Shown here: positions 38,701 to 46,347 of the stretch, one piece after another | Layout of the letters: every line of letters begins with the position of its first letter | Position numbering within the stretch: position 1 is the first letter of the stretch | Assembly: GCA_014380365.1 (NCBI GenBank) | Contig: JACMJZ010000032.1 | Location: 104,860 to 168,859 of the forward strand | Source: Pyrinomonadaceae bacterium | Lineage (GTDB): Bacteria; Acidobacteriota; Blastocatellia; Pyrinomonadales; Pyrinomonadaceae | Reading direction: 5' to 3' | Length of the DNA stretch: 64,000 nt | Notes under the pieces: generated by a model | The model's database searches: none | What the model was told of the DNA's origin: nothing | The model's input: only the letters and a program-made list of their open reading frames with translations | Made by a program: the position numbers and the translations under genes

Positions 38701-40762
38701 ATCGAAAGTCAGCATCGAAAATATCGATGCGAAGCTGGCGGCGGGTCACATCGTTGCAAGCGGTGCATACGACACGACTACGAAAGCGTTTGAGATGAAG
38801 GGCCGAGCGGAAGGCGTTCAACTCAGCCGTCTCTTCGCGCTTACCGGTCAGCAGGGCGCCACGGTGTCAGGCATAGCAAACTTCAATGCTCAGATATCGG
38901 GAAGCTCATCCGCGTTGGACTTCTCCGGTTACCAGATCACGTTCGACGGCGAAGGAAACAACGTAGTCATCAACGGCCGCCCGGCAGGCACTCTTGCCCT
39001 GGTGGGTCGGACAGAAAACCAGCGACTCAACGTGACGCTGACAACCGGCCTTTTGGGAACGCCACAATCAATCACAGCGCAGGTTAATCTCGGCAGCGAG
39101 AAACTGGAAGCTAACGTCGAAACCACGCTCAACAATGCCGACCTCACGTCTCTGCTGAAAATGGTTTTGCCGCAGACCCCGGTAAAACTTTCGGGCCTTG
39201 CCACGGGCACGCTGAAGTTAAGCGGGAATCTGCTCGACGAAGACGGTTACCCTTCCGCCGGAGGTTTAAGCGGAGTTGCAAACTTCACCCAGCTCAGTTT
39301 CAGAGTTGAAGATGTTCAGCTCAACGCATCGTCGCCGCTAGTCGTGCGTTTTTCGCCGCGCGAAGTAGCTTTTGATCAGACCCGGTTCACGGGCCCTGGA
39401 ACAAATATCGTTCTCGGCGGCACGCTCGCCGTGGGTCCGGAAGGTCGGCAGAGCATGACGGCCGACGGACAGTTGAACCTCAGAGTGTTGAATGGACTGT
39501 CGCCCGATGTGTTCATGTCCGGGACGGCAGAGGTCGGCGTGCGGGTCACGGGCAGCTACGAACGGCCGCGACTAAACGGCAGCGCTTCCGTCGCCGGAGG
39601 TTCCGTCTCGGCACTGCTGGACAATGAACGGTGGACTGTCTCGAATTTAAGAGCGCTCGTCAGGTTCACTTCCAACCAGGCGCAGATTGATTCATTGACG
39701 GGGACGATGGGGGGCGGCCGGCTCTCCGCAACCGGAGGCGCGCTGCTCGATGGTTTCACCGTGTCGCGGTTCTTATTCAACATCCATGGCGATGACGTGT
39801 CGGTGACGATCCCGGAGAACTTCCGCTCGACGATTGACGCGGATATTGAGCTTAAGGGAACCGCTCGCGAGCAACTGGTTGGTGGGGTGATTAATGTGCG
39901 CCGTACTGAATACACCGAGGACATCGAGCTGGCCGATCTGATTAATACCCGGCGCGAAGAGTCGATTGAAGAGGGTGGCGACCTGGAGTTGACGCGAGCG
40001 ACGCTGTACAGCAACCTGCGAATTGAAGGTCGCAACGCGCTGGTGGTGAGAAACAATCTTGCCGATCTGGTTGGCTCCTTCTCGCTGCAGCTCAACGGGC
40101 CCGTAAAAGAACCCGTGATCTCCGGAAGGATTACGGCCACCAGCGGCACTCTGAATTTCCGGAACGATCGTTATCAGATAACCCGCGCTCTGATGGACTT
40201 GCCGGCGCAGCGCGATGCCGATCCGATAATCAACATTCAGGGCGAGTCGCAGATACGTGGCTACCGCGTGACCGTCGGACTGAGTGGTCCTCTTTCGCAG
40301 CCACAGGCGATAGTGAGTTCGGAGCCGTCGCTCCCGCAGGCGGATGTCGTTTCGTTGATCACGACCGGCCAGCTCTCGACCGGCGACACCAGCACCTCTG
40401 TCCTTTCACAATCCGGTTTGGGAACAGCGACCAGTCTGCTAACCGACGCCCTTATCAACGCCCCGGCACAACGCGCTACCAGCAGACTCTTCGGGTTGAG
40501 CCGTTTTGAGATAACTCCGGTAATCGGTGGACGGGGAACGTCGCCGTCGGCTCGCCTGACGCTGGGGAAGAGAATTAACAAAGACCTTACGTTTACTTAT
40601 TCGACCAATGTGACGTCTGATCCCAATCAGATTTTGGCTGTCGAGTATCGAGTGTCAGACAGGCTGTTTTTCATTGCGCAGTACGAACAAGTCTCTACGC
40701 AGAGATTAACTGCGCGCAGCGATAATTTTAGTTTTGAGATTAGGTTCAGAAAACGATTCTAA
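35789..40762 (+). CDS. tamB: TamB/AsmA-like translocation and assembly module protein (1657 aa)
   Basis: N-terminal TM anchor, long beta-rich repetitive body, and a C-terminal TamB/DUF490-like segment (INIQGESQIRGYRVTVGLSGPLSQPQAIVSSEPSLPQADVVSLITTGQ). Confidence 0.8.
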   Translation: MSVDDRDNGPGKDSSPSGSSPNNSANDQEIAEALQSKTDEPLPPVAEVIAERDAQSKHPVTPQGRRRRYLNQRNLVIATIFGAVGIVALILLIFLAYKLGYTDRYVAGQIKETFAKYGIRAEIKEFHAGFPPQTVEMSGLELFDAQTGEKLGKIDRLSATVRIEDLYAFNLQRNINLKELKIEGLEAWVTFDAQGNSNFRNIRIPAPEPNKNILFAYSTAFVQIKNGVIHYGDARHEISGEARNLNATVQPDDPSAPAASWMNTVVLGLSNSTFTYDGRAVDNIGVEARGRINQTRAEIQSLVIKSPLAEAQLNGTMDDWRALRYQMNITSSVDLTQLSDLLQAGTTLRGAGNFAGTVTGEGDNYKVDGSIKSDALAADGLRLQGLNVTARGTGQGKSYDLNGSAVAALLTAGDFQLNNVQLVGGVMGTGSDFSWIGDLRAAAERSYGTTITNLILQEARAEMNDGVLTASSSQFTAGSLASSGARVNGITASDLRLRSEGDSATASVSKVKAGTIVGSGATVKGVTANNVDIASRGGVTSVVVKDVQVGGANAAGAEIGSISIAGVRLSVRGGRMEGSTADINAGTVKLADGQVENVKLAKPVFVVEPSGRYRASADLSLGGGMLGQMNMGQASAKVVVTNTELQLNNFDADIFRGKANGNARIAIARGGTSRIAATFADVDVSGPFTAFAGAAVPLAGRASGRIDLAFPGTNFHQATGTLNTTFTGQDIGVDGRVPLSGEVAVRADKGLFNIEKVDLQTAATKLRATGQFSFTADSNLQVDLNSTDAAELQAVLISSGLLPDVEEQMRSYGIDLGGQLAFNGSLKGKLTSPDIDGRVSLSTLLINGKDLGALSASLRMTAAEMRIDDGRLTESDGGGMQFTLDAPRTGENNITLNATLDRVNAGNLLAALPLNKNTREQFGDTVADASGQIKITGIPGAMSGSADLAFGPGRLAGEPLEGLVARATFSGSKVSIENIDAKLAAGHIVASGAYDTTTKAFEMKGRAEGVQLSRLFALTGQQGATVSGIANFNAQISGSSSALDFSGYQITFDGEGNNVVINGRPAGTLALVGRTENQRLNVTLTTGLLGTPQSITAQVNLGSEKLEANVETTLNNADLTSLLKMVLPQTPVKLSGLATGTLKLSGNLLDEDGYPSAGGLSGVANFTQLSFRVEDVQLNASSPLVVRFSPREVAFDQTRFTGPGTNIVLGGTLAVGPEGRQSMTADGQLNLRVLNGLSPDVFMSGTAEVGVRVTGSYERPRLNGSASVAGGSVSALLDNERWTVSNLRALVRFTSNQAQIDSLTGTMGGGRLSATGGALLDGFTVSRFLFNIHGDDVSVTIPENFRSTIDADIELKGTAREQLVGGVINVRRTEYTEDIELADLINTRREESIEEGGDLELTRATLYSNLRIEGRNALVVRNNLADLVGSFSLQLNGPVKEPVISGRITATSGTLNFRNDRYQITRALMDLPAQRDADPIINIQGESQIRGYRVTVGLSGPLSQPQAIVSSEPSLPQADVVSLITTGQLSTGDTSTSVLSQSGLGTATSLLTDALINAPAQRATSRLFGLSRFEITPVIGGRGTSPSARLTLGKRINKDLTFTYSTNVTSDPNQILAVEYRVSDRLFFIAQYEQVSTQRLTARSDNFSFEIRFRKRF

Positions 40763-40764
40763 CA

Positions 40765-43700
40765 ATGGGTGGATCTGCATCAGGGATGAACGCTGTGGAA
40801 TCTCATGGTAAGGAAGGTGGGCTTGCCCCCGCTGGACTTGAGCGCCACTCAAGCAGCGGGGGTAAACCACCCTTCCTAACCTGTAAATTTGCGGCAGTTG
40901 CGGGTTTCCATGGAAGTGGCTCCCAGCAACGCTCCAGCGCTTTCTCGTTCGCGGTTCTCATTTCAATCCTGCTTGTTGCGTTTGTCAGCGCAGAGGCGGC
41001 TTCGACTTTTGAGGAGTATGAGGGGCGACTGATCCGATCGATCGAAATAACTTTTGAGGGCTCTCCAGCTGACCCGGGAGCGCAAGCAGAGTTTCTTTCG
41101 CTGCTTGCGATTGTTCCCAACACAGAATTTTCGGCGGTCGGTGTCCGCGATTCTCTCCAGGCCCTGTTTGTGTCAGAGCGGGTGGCGAATGCGCGAGTGG
41201 AAGTGTTTGAAGAAGGCGCGCCCAAAACGGGACCGCTCCGCCTGCGCTTTGTTATTACGCGGCAAGTGCAGATTGGGGACATCAGGCTCGATCTGGTTGC
41301 TCCCACCGGCACGCCGGTTTCCGAGGACGAGCTGCGCGCTCGCTTGAATTTGACCCAACCCGGCGCTCGACTTTCCCACCAGGTAATTCTGCGCAACTCC
41401 GACGAGCTCCAGGTCTATTTGCGAGACCGCGGTTACTTCAACGCGACGATTGAGACGGCGGAACAACTGGATCCCAGCGGCACGCGCGCCACTGTGACTT
41501 ACAAGATTGTTCCCGGCGAACAATCGCGTGTGGCGGCCTTCAATATCGACATCACCGGGTTTGACGTAAATACGGTTCGGCCGTCGCTGGCGCTGCAACC
41601 CAACGCGCCTTTCACCCGCGAAGCGCTCGGCCAGGACACCAATCGCATTCGCCAGGCTGTAATCGAGCAGGGAAATCTTTCACCGTTGCTCAACGAGGCG
41701 AGGGTGGAACGCGACCCCGAGAAGAACCAGATAACGATAACTCTCAAAGGCGTCGTGGGCCCGAAGGTCAATGTCATCGTCAAAGACTTCCCGCTTAGCG
41801 AGAAGACACAACGCGAGCTTTTGCCGGTCAAACGCGAAGGCAACATCGATATCTCTGCGATAGTCGAAGGCTCGCGCCGGCTGCGAAACAAATTTCAGGA
41901 GGATGGCTATTTCTTTGCTGAGGTATCTGCTGTGTGCACCGTCACACCGCCCACACCCGAGTTTGGCGAGAACGGCACGTCCGCGACTTGCGAGACTCTA
42001 AATCCTGAAACCCTGACTGGTCGTAACGTTGAGATCCGCTACGAGATCGAACCCGGCCGTCGCCTCAAGCTGACTGACATTCGTATCACCGGCACAAACA
42101 AACTGACGTTTGATGACGTCGCCGCCGATCTGAGAACTCAGAAAGCCAGCGCGATAGGCTTGATTCCGTTCCTCGGATACGGACGCGGCTACACCAGCCT
42201 CACGCTCCTGGAACAGGACCGGCGCACGATCGACTCTTACATGCGAGATATTGGTTACCGCCGCGTCCAGACAAAAGTGCTGCAGGGTGTTTCGGTCGAC
42301 GGTGAAAGCGTGATCATCACCTTTGAAGTAAACGAAGGACCGCTGACTCGAATTGCCGGTGCTGAAGTTCGCGGCAACAAAATCTATACCGACCAACGAC
42401 TGCGGGATCAGTTGAAGACTGTTATCGGCGCGCCTTTTTCCCGATCCCAGGCCCGAGCCGACGGCGACCGCGTGCTGGCGCTCTATTCACGCGAAGGTTA
42501 CCTCAACGCGCAGATTGATTTTTCCATCGTCGAGCTGCCGAAGCGTGGTGACGAAGAGCAGGTCAAGCTGCTTTACACGATCGCAAACGAAGGCGACAAG
42601 GTCTACGTCAATCACATCATCGTTAATGGCGTTACCGGCAGCGATAAGGCGATGCGGACCAAGCGCGCGGCGATCCTGCGCGTGATTCCGCTGGCCGAGG
42701 GCGACGTCTTGCGCGCCGACAGAATCGCCGAAAGCGAGCGCGAACTCTATCTCACAGACGCCTACCGCCAGGTGATAATTCGCACCGAGGCCGCCGGCGA
42801 AACCATTTCCGGCTTCAAGCGCCGCGATTTGATTATAGACGTCGAGGAAAAAAAGCCGCGCGTGATGGACTACGGCGGAGGATTTTCAACTGATACCGGA
42901 GCGCTCGGGTTGTTGGAGATCAGCAACGTCAACTTGCGGAATAAGCTGCGACATGGCGCCATGCGACTCAGGGCCAGCCGCCAGCAGCAACGCGTTCGAT
43001 TGGAATATTTGGATCCGCGATTCGCCCGGTATGGCGAAAGGCAGTTCGCGCCGCTGGGGCTGTCGCTGGAATACTCGCGCGATTCCACGGTGACGCGATT
43101 TTTCCGTTCCGCAATTGACCGCGGCACGATGGGCATCGTGCAACGGCTGGACGAGGAAGGCAATGCGCTGGACGAGTTTGGCCTGCGAGTCAATGAGCCG
43201 ACCATCAATCGCTTCACGGCCACGATCGAGACGCAACGAGTGCTCAATTCCAAAACGCGATCGATTCTGTTCGCTCGTTATAGTTATGAAGACGTGCGCC
43301 TGTTCAATCTCCAGAGTTTGCTGGTGAGACCGATCCTCGAGCCCGATCGCGCAGTCCGTCTCTCCCGGTTTGGAGTCTCATTCGTTCGCGACACACGCCA
43401 GCGATGCGAGCGAGGTTTGCTCGGCGCCGTCAGCACGAGAGACGAATCGGAAACCGGCGCGCCCGGCGAAGTCTGCCGCTACAATCAGCTCGACGCCACG
43501 CGAGGCGATTTCTTCAACATTGATTATGCGGTCGCTTTGCGCCAGCTGGGCGGAAACATTTCCTTCAACAGGATGCAGGCCACCTACCGTCGTTATTACA
43601 AACTCGGCGGTCTGCGCGGTACGGTGCTGGCCGGAAACGCGACCCTCGGTCTGGCCAACGTTTTCAGCCCGCGCGATCGCAACGGCAATGGTTTGGATGA

Positions 43701-44262
43701 AATTGATCTAACCCTGCCGATTAGCGAAAGGTTCTCGTCCGGCGGCTCCACCACCCTGCGCGGATTTGATTTCGAACAGGCTGGCCCGCGGCAGGTAATA
43801 ATTCCGGCAGGGCCGTTTATCGATCAGAATAAGGAACCGGTGATCTTGAATCCCTTCACCGTTCCCGTCGGCGGCAATGCGTTGGCGATAATTAACCTGG
43901 AGGCGCGCATTCCAGTTTCCAAATCGCTGCAAGCAGTTCCTTTCTATGATGGCGGCAACGTGTTTCGGCGGGTGGGCGATTTGTTTGGTAAGAAAGACCC
44001 GGCGGTTGTGCCGCCGGGAGATGTCCTGGCCGCCATAAACGCCGCAAACCTGCGCGCCGCTTGGACGAATACGGTAGGGCTGGGGTTCAGAATTCAGACG
44101 CCCTTCGGCGGCGCCCTCGCCGTGGACTATGGGTTTCTGCTGAATCCGCCGGAGTTTCTGATTCCTCAGCGCGGCCCAGGCGGAATAGCCTACGACGGGA
44201 CGCCCGCCATTTATCGACTGAAGCGAACCCAGCTACACTTTAGATTCACGCAAACATTCTAG
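40765..44262 (+). CDS. bamA: Omp85/BamA-family outer-membrane protein assembly factor (POTRA repeats plus beta-barrel)
   Basis: POTRA-like repeats (IRSIEITFEG..., GDIRLD..., VAAFNIDITG..., LTDIRITGTNKLT..., IAGAEVRGNKIYT...). C-terminal barrel ending RFTQTF. No ATG, GTG or TTG lies in-frame between the repeat element and the signal-peptide core. Confidence 0.8.
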   Translation: MGGSASGMNAVESHGKEGGLAPAGLERHSSSGGKPPFLTCKFAAVAGFHGSGSQQRSSAFSFAVLISILLVAFVSAEAASTFEEYEGRLIRSIEITFEGSPADPGAQAEFLSLLAIVPNTEFSAVGVRDSLQALFVSERVANARVEVFEEGAPKTGPLRLRFVITRQVQIGDIRLDLVAPTGTPVSEDELRARLNLTQPGARLSHQVILRNSDELQVYLRDRGYFNATIETAEQLDPSGTRATVTYKIVPGEQSRVAAFNIDITGFDVNTVRPSLALQPNAPFTREALGQDTNRIRQAVIEQGNLSPLLNEARVERDPEKNQITITLKGVVGPKVNVIVKDFPLSEKTQRELLPVKREGNIDISAIVEGSRRLRNKFQEDGYFFAEVSAVCTVTPPTPEFGENGTSATCETLNPETLTGRNVEIRYEIEPGRRLKLTDIRITGTNKLTFDDVAADLRTQKASAIGLIPFLGYGRGYTSLTLLEQDRRTIDSYMRDIGYRRVQTKVLQGVSVDGESVIITFEVNEGPLTRIAGAEVRGNKIYTDQRLRDQLKTVIGAPFSRSQARADGDRVLALYSREGYLNAQIDFSIVELPKRGDEEQVKLLYTIANEGDKVYVNHIIVNGVTGSDKAMRTKRAAILRVIPLAEGDVLRADRIAESERELYLTDAYRQVIIRTEAAGETISGFKRRDLIIDVEEKKPRVMDYGGGFSTDTGALGLLEISNVNLRNKLRHGAMRLRASRQQQRVRLEYLDPRFARYGERQFAPLGLSLEYSRDSTVTRFFRSAIDRGTMGIVQRLDEEGNALDEFGLRVNEPTINRFTATIETQRVLNSKTRSILFARYSYEDVRLFNLQSLLVRPILEPDRAVRLSRFGVSFVRDTRQRCERGLLGAVSTRDESETGAPGEVCRYNQLDATRGDFFNIDYAVALRQLGGNISFNRMQATYRRYYKLGGLRGTVLAGNATLGLANVFSPRDRNGNGLDEIDLTLPISERFSSGGSTTLRGFDFEQAGPRQVIIPAGPFIDQNKEPVILNPFTVPVGGNALAIINLEARIPVSKSLQAVPFYDGGNVFRRVGDLFGKKDPAVVPPGDVLAAINAANLRAAWTNTVGLGFRIQTPFGGALAVDYGFLLNPPEFLIPQRGPGGIAYDGTPAIYRLKRTQLHFRFTQTF
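40807..40881. repeat. compact copy of the GGAAGG(C/T)GGGCTTGCCCCCGC element inside the bamA-like 5' coding region
   Basis: GGTAAGGAAGGTGGGCTTGCCCCCGCTG (40807..40834) against CAGCGGGGGTAAACCACCCTTCCTAACC (40854..40881). The loop is itself a hairpin, CTTGAG-CGCCAC-TCAAG. Confidence 0.75.
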
Positions 44263-44263
44263 A

Positions 44264-44435
44264 GAGCAGAAGGCAGTAGGCAGAAGGCACTAGGCAGAAG
44301 GCAAAACGCAGAAGGCAAAACGCAGAAGGCAGAGTGCAGATATGATGTGGTTACCTAAAACGCGAAGCTCCTTAGGCAGATTGTTTCGTTCGATCCTGCG
44401 TTCTGCTTACTGCCTTCTGGCTTCTGCCTTCTGCC
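44264..44435. repeat. long imperfect hairpin of GCAGAAGGCA words enclosing the start codon of the SurA-like gene
   Basis: The left arm 44264..44339 holds about 7 tandem 9-11-nt units. The right arm 44396..44435 (CTGCGTTCTGCTTACTGCCTTCTGGCTTCTGCCTTCTGCC) lies in the coding region. ATG 44342 is in the loop. Confidence 0.7.
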
Positions 44436-45088
44436 TTTTACTGCTCACTGCCCACTGCTCACTACCCACTGCTTCCGCCCAGCAGGTGGTCGACAAGATG
44501 GTGGCCACCGTGAACGCCGGCACCCAATCGGGGTGCGACCTTTGCTTAATTACCTATTCTGACCTGCTTTGGCAGCTGGCACTGCAATCAAAAACTTCTT
44601 TGGCCAGCCCAGGTTCAGACGAGCTCAACCGCGCTTTAGAATTGATCATCGATCAGAGACTCATTCTGGAAGAGGCTGAAAAACTGCCTTCCATCGAGCC
44701 GACCGCCGACGAAGTAACGGCCGCCCGCAATCAGTTAGCGCAAACGTTTCCATCGCGCGCGGAATTCCAACTACGCCTACAGCGGGTAGGCCTCACTGCC
44801 GATAAACTCAATCAAATTCTCGAGCAACGCGTCAGAATTGAAAAATATCTCGACTTTCGTTTTCGCAACTTCGTCGTGATCACCCAAACTGAGATCGCCG
44901 ATTATTACAAGGATGTCTACGTCACTCGACTCAAGGCACGCGCGCCCGGCCAAATCGTGCCCACCCTGGAAGACGCGCGCGGCGAAATAGAAAAGGTCCT
45001 CACTGAAGCCAAGATCGAATCTGACATGGATGCTTTTCTCGATAACGCACGCGAGCGCGCGGAGATTGTGATGCTGAGTCCGGTATGA
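44342..45088 (+). CDS. SurA N-terminal-domain-like periplasmic chaperone
   Basis: Signal peptide, then VVDKMVATVN...ELIIDQRLILEEAEKL and DYYKD..., typical of the SurA_N chaperone module. No parvulin domain. Confidence 0.65.
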   Translation: MMWLPKTRSSLGRLFRSILRSAYCLLASAFCLLLLTAHCSLPTASAQQVVDKMVATVNAGTQSGCDLCLITYSDLLWQLALQSKTSLASPGSDELNRALELIIDQRLILEEAEKLPSIEPTADEVTAARNQLAQTFPSRAEFQLRLQRVGLTADKLNQILEQRVRIEKYLDFRFRNFVVITQTEIADYYKDVYVTRLKARAPGQIVPTLEDARGEIEKVLTEAKIESDMDAFLDNARERAEIVMLSPV

Positions 45089-45170
45089 CTACGGATGAGG
45101 TCGACGCACGTGCACGTCCCACAAAGACTACAACGAAAATCAAACTGTCTTGCTTGCATTGGCGACGTTT

Positions 45171-45225
45171 AGAGTACAAGCTTCAGCTTGCGTGTTCTCA
45201 ATCTGCAACCTGAAGGTTGTACTCT
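45171..45225. repeat. 16-bp inverted repeat AGAGTACAAGCTTCAG (1 mismatch)
   Basis: 45171..45186 pairs with 45210..45225, upstream of the patatin gene. Confidence 0.6.
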
Positions 45226-45252
45226 GAACTGCCTGACTCCCAATCCGCAGTT

Positions 45253-46119
45253 ATGTCCCATCGCTCCACTGACAAGAGTCCTCGAATTGGCCTGGCGCTT
45301 TCCGGAGGCGCGGCCCGCGGCATCGCCCACGTTGGCGTTCTGAAAGCGCTGGCCGAGTATGAAATCCCGATCAGTTGCGTGGCGGGAACCTCAGCGGGGT
45401 CGATTGTCGCGGGCGCGCTGGCGTCGGGCATGCCGCTGGCCGACATCGAAGCGATGTCCAAAACAATGCGTTGGCGCGACCTCGGGCGCATGACCATGTC
45501 GCGTCTGGGTGTGCAGGTTAACGATCGTTTGGAAAATTATCTGCGGGAGCGCCTGCCGGTAACTCGATTTGAAGATTTACCTATTCCGCTGGCGGTGGTC
45601 GCAACGGATCTCAAGTCGGGAACCGCAGTTGTCATGCGCGACGAGGGCGACGTTCCTTTTGCAATCAGGGCGAGTTGCGCAATTCCCGGTTGGTACGTTC
45701 CCGTCACCGATAGCGAGGGGCGACAGCTAGTCGATGGCGGTTTGGTGGCAGGTCTACCCACGGCGATGGTGCGGGCGCTGGACGCCGAGCTGGTGATCGC
45801 GGTTGACGTAAACGCGGAAGGCGCAACTTTCATCGGACCGACTCACTCCGTAATCAGCGTGCTGCTGCAGTCGATGTTGGTGGTGCAACGGACCGCCGGC
45901 ATGGCTCACCTCGAGTTGGCAGACTGTGTGATCATCCCCCGCGTTGGACACATCCGCTGGGACGAAATCTCCCGGGGCGAAGAGTTCATGGCCGCGGGTT
46001 ATGAGGCGGCAGTTGAAAGCATGCCAAAGATTCAGTCTTTGATTGAATCCATGACCAGGGCGCGGCCAAAGTGGTATCAAGTCCGACGCAAACGCGACCG
46101 TACGCCGCGCATCGCCTAA
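45253..46119 (+). CDS. patatin-like phospholipase
   Basis: GLALSGGAARG (oxyanion), GTSAGS (GxSxG) and VDGG (catalytic Asp). Start taken at ATG 45253. Confidence 0.9.
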   Translation: MSHRSTDKSPRIGLALSGGAARGIAHVGVLKALAEYEIPISCVAGTSAGSIVAGALASGMPLADIEAMSKTMRWRDLGRMTMSRLGVQVNDRLENYLRERLPVTRFEDLPIPLAVVATDLKSGTAVVMRDEGDVPFAIRASCAIPGWYVPVTDSEGRQLVDGGLVAGLPTAMVRALDAELVIAVDVNAEGATFIGPTHSVISVLLQSMLVVQRTAGMAHLELADCVIIPRVGHIRWDEISRGEEFMAAGYEAAVESMPKIQSLIESMTRARPKWYQVRRKRDRTPRIA

Positions 46120-46347
46120 CAAACATCTCACTTCCGCTTGCGCGCATCCTTGGCGGCACAGCCGAAAGCGGTGGCTCAACTCTAGAATTCCTCATCGATT
46201 AGCACTGTAATAAAGCATTCAGAAAAACGGAGAGCACTGAAGGGTAGCGAGCGGGCTGGCTGCGCCGTAAGACCTTGTCCGCAGAAGTGTGTTTGCCTGG
46301 GTGCTCCCTAACAGGATAAGAAGTTTTGTTTCATCGTCTGTCTCTTC

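Noticed and set aside
44264-44339. Tandem 9-14-nt units that look superficially like a CRISPR array
   Set aside because: The units are too short and contiguous, with no spacers. They are mirrored by a complementary arm. No cas genes are present. I classed them as a hairpin arm, not a CRISPR array.
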